This document shows, one piece after another, positions 1 through 9,104 of a stretch of DNA of 59,625 nt. The DNA lies in the NCBI GenBank assembly GCA_017540225.1, contig JAFYBM010000146.1:1-59625 (forward strand), written 5' to 3'. The stretch comes from Oscillospiraceae bacterium. Lineage in GTDB: Bacteria; Bacillota; Clostridia; Oscillospirales; Ruminococcaceae. The translations under genes and the position numbers were made by a program. The notes beneath the pieces are model-generated. The model made no database searches and had not been told where the DNA came from. It worked only from the letters and a program-made list of their open reading frames with translations. The number at the start of each line of letters is the position of its first letter. The stretch's first letter is position 1.

Positions 1-1299
1 CAGCTCAATTTCTGTGACGGCGAAAAATACAAGGGCATCTTGCAGGATCTCGGCTATGAGCTGACCGACATACCCGAAGAAGCCGATGTCATTCTGTTCA
101 ATGCCTGCGCTGTGCGTGCCCACGCGGAATCCCGCGTCATCGGGCGGCTCGGTGCACTGAAAGCAATCAAAGAGAAAAATCCACGTCTGATTGTCGGGCT
201 TTGCGGCTGCATGGCGGAGGAAGAAGAAGTCCGCGCACTGCTCCGGAAATCCTATCCATTTGTCAAGCTGGTGCTCGGCGCCGGCGCAATGGAGCGTCTG
301 CCGGAAAGTCTGCTCGCCGTTTACCGCAGCGGGAAGCACTGCGAAACGCTGCAATTTGCCGGTCTGCCGGATGAATCGCTCCCGACAGTGCGTGATTCCG
401 CATTTCAGGCGAGCGTGCCGGTCATGTACGGCTGCAACAACTTCTGCACCTACTGCATCGTACCATATGTCCGCGGACGCGAGCGCAGCCGCACACCGGA
501 GGCGATCGAACAGGAAGTGCGGGAACTGATCGCACAGGGCTGCAAGGAAATCTTGCTGCTCGGCCAGAACGTCAATTCCTACGGCCGCGGGCTGAAAACC
601 GAGATCAGCTTTCCGGAGCTGCTGCGGCGGCTGGATGCGATCGAAGGGGATTATTTCATCCGCTTCATGAGCTCGCATCCAAAAGATGCCACGCCGGAGC
701 TGATCGACACCATGCTGCAATCAGAGCATATCGAGCATCATCTGCATCTGACGGTGCAGAGCGGCAGCAACCGTGTTTTGCAGTAGATGAACCGGCGCTA
801 CAACGTTGAAAAATATCTCGAAATCATTGATTATGCGCGACAGAAATCGCCGGATTTCGGCTTTTCCAGTGATCTGATTGTCGGCTTTCCGACCGAAACA
901 GACGAGGATTTCGAGGCGACAATGCGCGTGATTGAATATGTGAAATACGACAATCTGTATACGTTCATCTACAGCCCGCGCACGGGCACAAAGGCCGCAG
1001 AAATGGAATTTGTTTCCACACAGGAGCAGATTGCAGCGCGCATGGAGCGTCTGCTGAAACGGCAGCGCGAGATTTCCGAAGAATTCAACAAGCGGTTTCT
1101 CGGCAACAGGGTGCGCTTTCTTGCGGAAAAACGGAATCCGGAAACCGGCCTGCTGCTCGGCAAAACCCGCGAAGGACTGGTGCTCGAAGCACAGGGCACA
1201 CCTGCGGACATCGGCAGGCTGCTCGATGTGACAGTCACAGCCGTGCGGAACTGGTCGCTGTTCGGAGAAATCGTGCGGGAGGAACGTCATGCAGAGTGA
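1..1299 (+). pseudogene. miaB: tRNA-i6A37 methylthiotransferase MiaB, 5' partial, interrupted by one in-frame TAG (784..786)
   Basis: Frame 1 is open from base 1. It has an MTTase N-domain, radical-SAM CNNFCTYC and a TRAM-like C-terminus. ORF-track entries 40..786 and 787..1299 are the same frame, separated only by TAG inside the conserved HL.VQSGS..VL-x-MNRRY block. Confidence 0.85.
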
Positions 1300-1984
1300 A
1301 CTGAGCCTCGAAAAGCAGCTGGAATTTGCGCAGATACAGGAAAATCTTGCGCAGCAGATCACGCTGACCGACAGCCGTGATTTTTCGCAGATTCAGACTG
1401 TCGCCGGTGTGGATCTTGCCTACTGGAACGCGCCGGACGGCAAGGAGCACGCGGTCTGCTGTATTGTGCTGATTGATATGCAGACACATGATATTCTGGA
1501 AACAGCGGAGGCAGCCGGCGAAATTGCCGTGCCGTACTGTCCGGGATTTCTGGCCTTTCGGGAGCTGCCGCTTGTGGAGCAGGCCGCCGCAAAGCTCAGA
1601 CAGAAGCCGGAGCTTTATATTTTTGACGGCAACGGCTATCTGCACCCGCGGCACACGGGCATTGCGGTACACGCGGCACTGCTGCTCAAAACGCCGTCCT
1701 TCGGCATCGCAAAAACCTATTACCGCGTGCTGGATACGGACTACACCGAGCCGGAGCAGACTGCCGGCAGCTATACGGATATTGTCATCGGCGGCGAGGT
1801 TTTCGGCCGCGCACTGCGCACGCATGACAATGTGAAGCCGGTATTTGTGTCTGTCGGCAGCGGCATTTCGCTCGATACGGCAACTGCACTTGCGATGCAG
1901 CTCACCGAAAAAGAGAGCCGCATTCCCCTGCCGACACGCCTTGCCGATCTCGAAACACATACCGCGCGGGCGGCGCTTTTATGA
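1289..1984 (+). CDS. nfi: endonuclease V (deoxyinosine 3' endonuclease)
   Basis: Motifs VAGVDLAY, PYCPGFLAFRE, DGNGYLHPRHTGIA and FGIAK. ATG 1289 overlaps the miaB 3' end. Confidence 0.85.
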   Translation: MQSELSLEKQLEFAQIQENLAQQITLTDSRDFSQIQTVAGVDLAYWNAPDGKEHAVCCIVLIDMQTHDILETAEAAGEIAVPYCPGFLAFRELPLVEQAAAKLRQKPELYIFDGNGYLHPRHTGIAVHAALLLKTPSFGIAKTYYRVLDTDYTEPEQTAGSYTDIVIGGEVFGRALRTHDNVKPVFVSVGSGISLDTATALAMQLTEKESRIPLPTRLADLETHTARAALL

Positions 1985-2045
1985 CAAAACAGCATCCGCG
2001 AAGCGGATACCTCATTATACGAAAATCACAAAGGAGTTTTTAATC

Positions 2046-2459
2046 ATGGCAGATTTAATGGAAATGGCAAAAGAGCTTGGCAAGGCCTTGCAGCAGGATG
2101 AGCGCTATCTTGCGTTTCGTGCGGCCTCTGCGGAGAATGACAAGGATGAAGCACTGCAAAATCTCATCGGAGAATTCAATCTCAAGCGCCTTGACCTCGG
2201 CAACGAGGAGGACAAGGCAGAGCACGACGAAGAACGTGTGAAAAAGCTCGGTGAGGAAGTCCGTGCACTGTATTCGCAGATCATGGCGCATGAATCCATG
2301 CGGAAATATCAGGCGGCAAGAGCCGAGTTTGAGCAGATGCTCGACGGTATCAACCGCGTGATCGCCTACAGCGCAGCCGGTCAGGATCCGGACAGCTACG
2401 ATCCGGCGGCGGCAGCGGGCTGCTCCGGCGACTGCTCTGCCTGCGCAGGCTGCCACTGA
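2046..2459 (+). CDS. YlbF/YmcA-family regulatory protein with Cys-rich C-terminal tail
   Basis: Helical, Glu/Lys-rich 137-aa protein with an AAAGGAG RBS upstream of ATG 2046. Tail is CSGDCSACAGCH. The stop overlaps the mutS start (ATGA). Confidence 0.6.
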   Translation: MADLMEMAKELGKALQQDERYLAFRAASAENDKDEALQNLIGEFNLKRLDLGNEEDKAEHDEERVKKLGEEVRALYSQIMAHESMRKYQAARAEFEQMLDGINRVIAYSAAGQDPDSYDPAAAAGCSGDCSACAGCH

Positions 2460-5086
2460 TGGGCATGGAAATCGACCGCTCCAAGCTCTCCCCGATGATG
2501 CAGCAGTATCTTGCTGTCAAGGATGCATCGGGCGATGCGATCGTTTTTTTCCGTCTCGGCGATTTCTACGAGATGTTCTTTGATGACGCGATCCTCGTTT
2601 CCAAGCTGCTGGAGCTGACACTGACCGGCAGGGACTGCGGCCTGCCGACACGCGCACCGATGTGCGGCGTCCCTTATCATTCCGCAGAGCAGTATCTGAA
2701 ACGGCTGGTGAATCTCGGCTACCGCGTGGCGATCTGTGAGCAGATGGAGGATCCGGCGCTCGCAAAAGGACTTGTCGAGCGCGGTGTCATCCGCGTGGTG
2801 ACGCCGGGTACGCTGATCGAATCCAGTATGCTCGATGAATCCAACTGCAATTATCTTGCGGCCGTCTGGAGCAAGGATGAAAAAATTGCATTCTGCGCAG
2901 CGGATATTTCGACCGGCGCGGTCAATCTGCACCGGCTGGAGGGCAAAACCCGTACCGATGATCTCATCAGCCTGATCGACCGCTATCATCCCTCGGAGCT
3001 GCTGATTACAAAGGATTTTCTTGATTACAAGCCGGTCGCGGATTTCCTGAAAACGCGCACAAACTGCATGGTGACGCTGCGCGATGACAGCTGTTTTTCC
3101 GTCGAAAAGCAGCACGAAACGGTGCTGAAGCAGTGTGATGCGCAGTCTTTCAAGGCACTCGGAATTTCTGAAAACGGCGCAGATGCGTGTGTCTGCTGCG
3201 GTTTATTCCAGTACATCGCAGAAACGCAGCGTGCGCTGGTCGGCCGGTTCACGGAGATCACTGTTCACGGCAAGGACGGCGTGATGGGACTGGATTCCAA
3301 TGCGCGGCGAAACCTTGAGCTGACCGAAACACTGCGTTCCCATGAGAAAAAAGGCTCGCTGCTCGGTGTGCTGGATCAGACCGAAACGTCAATGGGCCGC
3401 CGGATGCTGCGCACATGGATGGAGCAGCCGCTGACCGCGCCCGTCCGTATTATGGACAGGCTCAATGCCGTCGAGCTGCTGATGAAAAACAGCGTTGCGA
3501 TGACTGAGCTGCGCGATCTGCTGGATAAGGTGTTTGACCTTGAGCGGCTGATGTCCCGCGTGATGTTCCAGAAGGCGACGCCGCGCGATATGAAAGCACT
3601 TTCGCAGACAGCCTTGCAGCTTCCGGCCATCAAGGAACAGCTCAAGGCGCTGCCGCAGTCAAAGCTGCTGGCAAAGCTCGAAAGCGAGATCTCACCGCTT
3701 AATGAAATCAGCGATCTGATTGAGCGCGCGCTGGTCGATGAACCGCCCGTGCAGATCAAGGACGGCGGCGTGATCCGCGATGGGTTCCATCAGGAGCTGG
3801 ACGCGCTGCGCCATGCCATGAACCACGGCACAGACCTCATCGCGGAGATCGAAAACCGCGAACGTGAGCGCACCGGCATCAAAAACCTCAAAACGGGCTA
3901 TAACCGCGTATTCGGCTATTATCTGGAGGTTTCACGCTCCTATTACGAGCAGGTGCCGCCGGAATGGATCCGCAAGCAGACCCTCACCAACTGTGAACGT
4001 TACATCACGCAGGAGCTGCGCGATGCGGAAAACACAATCGTCGGTGCAAAGGATAAGGCACTGGCACTGGAAGCAGTGATTTTCTCGGAGCTGCGTGATT
4101 TTCTCGCAGAGCAGCTCCGCACCGTGCAGGAAACTGCCGCGGCAGTTGCGCAGGTTGATGTGCTCTGCTCGCTGGCACTGACCGCACTCGAAAACGAATA
4201 CTGCAAGCCGGAAATCGCCGTGGACGGCCGCATTGAGATTCATGACGGACGGCATCCGGTCGTGGAACAGATGCTGACCGATTCGGTCTTTGTGCCGAAC
4301 GACGTTCTGCTCGACCAGAAAGCCAACCGCCTCGCCATCATCACCGGCCCGAATATGAGCGGTAAATCGACTTATATGCGGCAGACGGCGCTGATTGTGC
4401 TCATGGCGCAGATGGGCAGCTTCGTGCCGGCATCCTATGCTAAAATCTCCGTTGTCGATCAGATCTTCACGCGTGTCGGCGCCTCGGATGACCTGACCGC
4501 CGGCGAATCAACATTCATGGTCGAAATGCACGAGGTCTCAACGATCCTGAAACGCGCAACACAGAACAGTCTTGTCATACTTGATGAGGTCGGGCGCGGT
4601 ACATCAACCTTTGACGGCATCAGCATTGCGCGGGCGGTCGCAGAATTTATCTCCGGCAAAAAGCTCGGCTGCAAGACGCTCTTTGCTACACATTATCATG
4701 AGCTGACCATGCTTGCAGGTCAGTGCGACGGCGTGCGGAATCTCAGCGTTGCCGTGAAAAAGCACGGCGATACCATTCGCTTTCTGCGCAAAATCGTAGA
4801 CGGTGCCGCCGATGACAGCTACGGCATTGAGGTCGCCAAGCTCGCCGGTCTGCCGGCGCAGGTGACAAACCGCGCACGGGCACTGCTGACCGAAATGGAG
4901 GCGCAGTCGAAGGCGGAGAAGGAATCCTATGCAGCAAGGATCGCTGCGGAATCCGCAGGACAGATGAGCTTTTCGGCGGATGCGGATGCGCAGGTGATCG
5001 CACAGCTTTCCAAAACCCATGTCAACGAGCTGAGCGATGCCGAATGCAGAGAGCTGCTGCTGGATCTGACTGCCATGCTGCACTGA
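2459..5086 (+). CDS. mutS: DNA mismatch repair protein MutS
   Basis: 875 aa. Has the N-terminal mismatch-binding block (GDFYEMF), Walker A GPNMSGKST and DEVGRGTSTFDG. Confidence 0.97.
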   Translation: MGMEIDRSKLSPMMQQYLAVKDASGDAIVFFRLGDFYEMFFDDAILVSKLLELTLTGRDCGLPTRAPMCGVPYHSAEQYLKRLVNLGYRVAICEQMEDPALAKGLVERGVIRVVTPGTLIESSMLDESNCNYLAAVWSKDEKIAFCAADISTGAVNLHRLEGKTRTDDLISLIDRYHPSELLITKDFLDYKPVADFLKTRTNCMVTLRDDSCFSVEKQHETVLKQCDAQSFKALGISENGADACVCCGLFQYIAETQRALVGRFTEITVHGKDGVMGLDSNARRNLELTETLRSHEKKGSLLGVLDQTETSMGRRMLRTWMEQPLTAPVRIMDRLNAVELLMKNSVAMTELRDLLDKVFDLERLMSRVMFQKATPRDMKALSQTALQLPAIKEQLKALPQSKLLAKLESEISPLNEISDLIERALVDEPPVQIKDGGVIRDGFHQELDALRHAMNHGTDLIAEIENRERERTGIKNLKTGYNRVFGYYLEVSRSYYEQVPPEWIRKQTLTNCERYITQELRDAENTIVGAKDKALALEAVIFSELRDFLAEQLRTVQETAAAVAQVDVLCSLALTALENEYCKPEIAVDGRIEIHDGRHPVVEQMLTDSVFVPNDVLLDQKANRLAIITGPNMSGKSTYMRQTALIVLMAQMGSFVPASYAKISVVDQIFTRVGASDDLTAGESTFMVEMHEVSTILKRATQNSLVILDEVGRGTSTFDGISIARAVAEFISGKKLGCKTLFATHYHELTMLAGQCDGVRNLSVAVKKHGDTIRFLRKIVDGAADDSYGIEVAKLAGLPAQVTNRARALLTEMEAQSKAEKESYAARIAAESAGQMSFSADADAQVIAQLSKTHVNELSDAECRELLLDLTAMLH

Positions 5087-5220
5087 AAAGCGGATGCGCT
5101 GTTTATAAAAAAGGTTCCCGCAGTATAGCCTGCCGGACTGTCCGGCAGACTTTGTATAAAATACTCAAAACGGACATGGTTTCTCAGGAAAAGTTTTACA
5201 ATGTTTTTTCGCAAAAGATA

Positions 5221-5249
5221 TTGACGTTTTGCGCACAAACGGATATACT
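5221..5249 (+). promoter_or_regulatory. sigma-70-type promoter, TTGACG-17 nt-TATACT
   Basis: Near-consensus hexamers with a 17-nt spacer, about 75 nt upstream of the ACP start. Confidence 0.5.
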
Positions 5250-5323
5250 ATAAACGATGTGACCGGCAGAAACTTGCTGCGTGTGGGCACAGAACCTATC
5301 ACATACAGAGAGGAGCAGATTAC

Positions 5324-5557
5324 ATGGTATTTGAAAAACTGAAAGAGATCATCCTGGATCAGCTTGACGTGGATGAAGACGAGATCACGATGGATGCAGA
5401 TTTCATCGACGATCTTCAGGCAGATTCACTGGACATCACCCTGCTGATGAAAACCATTTCGGAGGAATTTGATATTGCAGTGGCAGATGATGCGGTCGAT
5501 AAGATCAGCACTGTCGGCGATGCTGTTGAGTTTATTGAAGCATATATCAACGAATAA
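5324..5557 (+). CDS. acpP: acyl carrier protein (stand-alone)
   Basis: 77 aa, acidic, with phosphopantetheine-site motif LQADSLD followed by an EEFDI helix. GAGGAG RBS. Confidence 0.8.
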   Translation: MVFEKLKEIILDQLDVDEDEITMDADFIDDLQADSLDITLLMKTISEEFDIAVADDAVDKISTVGDAVEFIEAYINE

Positions 5558-5560
5558 TGC

Positions 5561-5595
5561 AAAAACCGGATTCTTTCAAAGAATCCGGTTTTTTC
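5561..5595. terminator. rho-independent terminator hairpin (bidirectional)
   Basis: aaaaccggattcttt/aaagaatccggtttt palindrome, flanked by an A-run and a T-run. Confidence 0.75.
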
Positions 5596-5608
5596 ATAAT
5601 AATGCGGA

Positions 5609-5636
5609 GCGCCGTGCACGATTCCATGCACGGCGC
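5609..5636. terminator. GC-rich hairpin between convergent genes
   Basis: gcgccgtgca-N8-tgcacggcgc, followed by tttctctt on the + strand. Lies 6 nt from the stop of the minus-strand GH25 gene. Confidence 0.6.
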
Positions 5637-5642
5637 TTTCTC

Positions 5643-7676
5643 TTAATACCCGTTCAAATGCTTTCTCTTGATGATTTCTTCGTAATCACGGTAGCTGTAA
5701 TCATGGTCAACATCACAGGTAAATCCGGTAAACGGCCCGACATGATACTGCCACATTCCGTAGTTTTCATAATACGCAGGCTGCGCCACATCCCAGTGCG
5801 CAATCCAGAGGTCATAGCGCTGCCTTACCGCAGGCGGAACATACTGATTATACCAGAACGGCGAACAATATACCATTGCATAGCAGCCGCCCTTTTCAAT
5901 TTCATCGCAGAACGCTGTGATAATGGAGCCGATCACCTCAGGCGGAAGTGTGAAAACAGCCGGCTCCTCGATATCCAGAACGATCGGATATTCAAATTTC
6001 CGGTCTCCGAGCACCTGCAGGCAGACATTTGCTTCGATGCGGGCTGCCTCCGGCGTCATTGCGTAGGAATACCAGTAAGCGCCGACTTTGAAATCAAGTG
6101 CTTTTAAGCTGTCATAATATGTCCGGAATTTTTTGTCTTCCTGATCAAGGAAACGTCCCATTCCGGCACGGATGATAAAGAAGTCAATGTCCGTCTCATC
6201 CTTGATCTTCTGGAAATCTACCTCACCCTGCCAGAACGAAATATCCAGTCCTTTGTATACGGTCGTAAGCGTTGTCTCCGTTCCGCTGTGCGTACCCTCC
6301 GTCAATGTCGTCACACTTACGGAAACATCCGTGCTGCCGGTCACAGCAGTCGTTTCTGTCGCTGCGAAGGGGCGTGTTCCGGATTCCGGCAGGGTTGTTG
6401 TTGCAGGAACAGGCTCCGTTGTGACAGGATACTGACCGATCACATAATAGGCGTAATATTTCAGAATATAAAGCACATCTTCCAGCCCGACTGCGCCGTT
6501 GCCGTCGGCGGCATCCATTGACCGGAAGGAATACGGATATTTTGCCTTTTTTTCATTCTTCCAGTTATTCAGGTAAGGGGAATCGGCATCAAGAATTTTC
6601 TCATCATCGTATCCGCCGAGCATTCTGAGCGAGTAAAAGCGCAGTGCCTCCTGCACATCGTTCAGACCGACCTTTCCGTCCAGATCGGAGTCACAGCGAA
6701 GGACAAGGCCGACTGTCACGGAAAGCGCACTGTCCTGATAGCCGTTCTGAATTCCCTGCTCCGCAGTCAGCCCCTCATACGGTGTTCCTTTCAGTGCTTC
6801 TTCAAGCACGGAAGCATCCTTCAAAACCAGCGGAACCTGCTGTGTAAGCTCACCGCTGTCCTTCGGAAGCTGCTTCAGCTCCGAGAGCTTTCCGGTTTCT
6901 GCCGCAAATGCCTTTCCGACCTCGGCAGAAAAATCCTCTCTGAGCACACCGTCCTCCTCAATGCGGAGCTTTACGCTGAGTGCGGAAAGGTCAAGCTCGG
7001 CATCCTGCTGCTCCGACCAGAAGACCGACTGATTGTTTGCAGTCTCAAAAAGCAGCTTTGCTTTCGGCTTCGGCGGCGGATCCGTCACGGTAATCTTTGC
7101 GTTTTTCGCTGCGACCGGAATCACATTGTCATTCTGCCAGAATGACGTTTCCGCCAGCGATATTTCATAAACCGTTCCGGGTACTGCATCCTCCGGCAGC
7201 CGGAAGAATATATCAAACAGGACTCCGTTTTCTGTCGAGTAGCTTTTTTCCTGACAGTAATTAACGGCGTTTGTGCCGAACGGCAGAACCAGTGCCGCTG
7301 CTGCGGCCTCCGGAAACAGTGTGTCATTCACAACAATCGCGGTGCCTGCGCCGATCGGCGCCTCCATTTTAAGTTCCTTCGGGAATGAAATGGATACGGA
7401 TGCATTTTCATAGCCGGGGTTATTGCCGATCACCGCCGATACCGCAACCATCTGACCGGGCGCGGCAGACGCATCCTTCAGCGAAAAGTCAATCTGTGCA
7501 TCAGCGGAAATGCTGCTCCGCCGAAGCGGCATCGAGTCCAGCACGTCAACCGCATTGCGATTCAGCTCAGTCAGCGCCGCATCCTCTGCGACAGCTGCCG
7601 CCGGAACACTCAGCATAACCGCACTCATCAAAGCTGCAAGGCCGGCAGCCATACAGCGCTTGAAACCGGAATGCAT
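5643..7676 (-). CDS. secreted multidomain protein: signal peptide, cohesin-like module, dockerin, Thr/Ser linker, GH25 muramidase
   Basis: Start moved to ATG 7676 (AGGAGGG RBS; MHSGFKRCMAAGLAAL...AAAVA signal). The cohesin-like beta module is IDFSLKDASAAPGQMVAVSAVIGNN...YEISL. There are two EF-hand-like dockerin repeats (DSDLDGKVGLND, DAADGNGAVGLED). GH25 block: GLDISFWQG...FIIRAG...DIEE...LWIAHW. Confidence 0.8.
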   Translation of the reverse strand: MHSGFKRCMAAGLAALMSAVMLSVPAAAVAEDAALTELNRNAVDVLDSMPLRRSSISADAQIDFSLKDASAAPGQMVAVSAVIGNNPGYENASVSISFPKELKMEAPIGAGTAIVVNDTLFPEAAAAALVLPFGTNAVNYCQEKSYSTENGVLFDIFFRLPEDAVPGTVYEISLAETSFWQNDNVIPVAAKNAKITVTDPPPKPKAKLLFETANNQSVFWSEQQDAELDLSALSVKLRIEEDGVLREDFSAEVGKAFAAETGKLSELKQLPKDSGELTQQVPLVLKDASVLEEALKGTPYEGLTAEQGIQNGYQDSALSVTVGLVLRCDSDLDGKVGLNDVQEALRFYSLRMLGGYDDEKILDADSPYLNNWKNEKKAKYPYSFRSMDAADGNGAVGLEDVLYILKYYAYYVIGQYPVTTEPVPATTTLPESGTRPFAATETTAVTGSTDVSVSVTTLTEGTHSGTETTLTTVYKGLDISFWQGEVDFQKIKDETDIDFFIIRAGMGRFLDQEDKKFRTYYDSLKALDFKVGAYWYSYAMTPEAARIEANVCLQVLGDRKFEYPIVLDIEEPAVFTLPPEVIGSIITAFCDEIEKGGCYAMVYCSPFWYNQYVPPAVRQRYDLWIAHWDVAQPAYYENYGMWQYHVGPFTGFTCDVDHDYSYRDYEEIIKRKHLNGY

Positions 7677-7883
7677 AATGATTCCCTCCTGATCTTTTTT
7701 GATAAAAAATGCAGCATTTCCGCTGCAAAGCGCATGATTCTCTCTCATTTTACCATATTTCGACGGCAAATGCAAGAGAAACCTCTCTCCTTACGGGGAA
7801 TTTCTATCCGAGGCCATATTTTCCGCAGCACGCATCCCTCAATTTATGCAATATGCCGAATTTGGCTTTTCCGAAAGATTTGC

Positions 7884-7912
7884 TTGACTTTTTTGATGTT
7901 TCGTAGTATAAT
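7884..7912 (+). promoter_or_regulatory. sigma-70-type promoter, TTGACT-17 nt-TATAAT
   Basis: Consensus-quality hexamers 37 nt upstream of tRNA-Thr. Confidence 0.65.
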
Positions 7913-7948
7913 AGAAAGGCAGTCACGGGATTTGACTGTGCAAATGAT

Positions 7949-8021
7949 GCTGTTTTAGCTCAGTTGGTAGAGCACATCCTTGGTAAGGATGAGGTCGCTG
8001 GTTCGACTCCAGTAAACAGCT
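7949..8021 (+). tRNA. tRNA-Thr (anticodon GGT)
   Basis: Hand-folded cloverleaf. Acceptor is GCTGTTT/AAACAGC, D arm GCTC-AGTTGGTA-GAGC, anticodon arm CATCC-TTGGTAA-GGATG, T arm GCTGG-TTCGACT-CCAGT. No CCA is encoded. Confidence 0.93.
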
Positions 8022-8027
8022 CTTGCG

Positions 8028-8062
8028 GAAAAGCGTTCCGTTTTTCGGGACGCTTTCTCTTA
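8028..8062 (+). terminator. hairpin + T-rich tract after tRNA-Thr
   Basis: aaagcgttccg-ttttt-cgggacgcttt, followed by ctctt. Confidence 0.55.
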
Positions 8063-8087
8063 TCTGTCAGAAAGCGGAGGAAACGGT

Positions 8088-8603
8088 ATGGCAAACAAGG
8101 CACTGCTCGTTACAGAGCTGCAAAACGATTATCTCTGGGAAAAGCGCAAGACAAAGTTTCCTTATGACACGAAGAAACTGATCGCAGCCGCAAATGCGGC
8201 AATCGACCGCTTTGCCGGCGAGGGCTGCGATGTGATCTATCTGCTGCAAATCTTTCCGGATACACCCTCAAACCATATCATCTTTGATTTCAGCATTGCA
8301 GGCACGGAGGGCGCCGGGCTCTACAGCGAACTGCATATCGCATCACAGCACTGCTTTGAAAAGAATGCGGCAGATGCGTTCCTCGATCCGGCCTTTGCGG
8401 CATTCATGGCAGAGAAACAGTATTCGGAAATCGTGCTCTGCGGCATTGATGAATGCGGTGCCGTTGCGGCGACCGCAAAGGGCGCAAGGAATACCGGTGC
8501 GGATACTGCGATTCTGCGCGATGCAACGGCAAGCCGTTTCCCGATGAACAAGCTGGCGCCGCTGCGTGCGGAGCTGAAAGCGCTCGGAATCCGGTATATC
8601 TGA
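8088..8603 (+). CDS. isochorismatase-family cysteine hydrolase
   Basis: N-terminal LLVTELQNDY block and VLCGIDECGAVAATAKGA (Cys-containing strand-helix) typical of the family. GGAGGA RBS. Confidence 0.65.
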   Translation: MANKALLVTELQNDYLWEKRKTKFPYDTKKLIAAANAAIDRFAGEGCDVIYLLQIFPDTPSNHIIFDFSIAGTEGAGLYSELHIASQHCFEKNAADAFLDPAFAAFMAEKQYSEIVLCGIDECGAVAATAKGARNTGADTAILRDATASRFPMNKLAPLRAELKALGIRYI

Positions 8604-8613
8604 ACCAAACGAA

Positions 8614-8653
8614 AAAATCCCCCGCCGGCAGAAATGAACCGGCAGGGGATTTT
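8614..8653. terminator. bidirectional rho-independent terminator
   Basis: aaaatcccccgccgg-N10-ccggcaggggatttt, with an A-run and T-run on either side, between convergent genes. Confidence 0.75.
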
Positions 8654-8709
8654 CCTTTCTCCGCCTACTTGCGCACAGCGGACATTCTATGTTATAATAA
8701 ACGCATACA

Positions 8710-9093
8710 TCATGCGCGCTTCCGCCGCAGCAGCAGCTCACAGACAATGCACGGCACAATGCCGGCCGCATAGCTCAGCAGGTCGATATTGGAATACCCC
8801 GTTCCGATGATGATGCGCAGCAGCGGGTTTGTGATGTGAAACCGGTCGCAGAAGCCCCAGAGCTGCAAAAATTCAACGCAAAATGCAAAAACGAGGATCG
8901 CGGCCGGAAGCAGAATGCCGTGCTTCGGCTTCACAGGAGAAACCGTGCGCGCAAGCGTATAAAGCAGAATCACAACCAGCACATCACCGAGATAGCTGCG
9001 CACCCAGCCGTGCGCATACATCCCGATCAGGATTTCGATACCGAGCAGCACGGCCGATGCTATACCCATCCCGAGACGGATTTTCTGTTTCAT
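8710..9093 (-). CDS. DUF2809-like integral membrane protein
   Basis: 127 aa, 4 TM segments, GDVLVVILLY and GTGYSNIDLLSY blocks. AAAGGAG RBS 11 nt after the upstream stop. Confidence 0.55.
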   Translation of the reverse strand: MKQKIRLGMGIASAVLLGIEILIGMYAHGWVRSYLGDVLVVILLYTLARTVSPVKPKHGILLPAAILVFAFCVEFLQLWGFCDRFHITNPLLRIIIGTGYSNIDLLSYAAGIVPCIVCELLLRRKRA

Positions 9094-9104
9094 GATAACT
9101 CCTT

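Noticed and set aside
191-529. Numerous 60-240-codon ORFs overlapping annotated genes in other frames or on the opposite strand throughout the ORF track.
   Set aside because: They have no RBS and no recognisable motifs, and their composition is biased toward Arg/Ala/Ser/Pro. They are fully nested in genes with strong homology signatures.
784-786. Genome-wide TAG reassignment (for example pyrrolysine) as the explanation for the in-frame TAG in miaB.
   Set aside because: TAG terminates at least two well-supported genes in this window (13807..13809, 18611..18613), at positions matching the family C-termini. No pyl genes are present here. Only a site-specific explanation remains, and it is listed as a finding.
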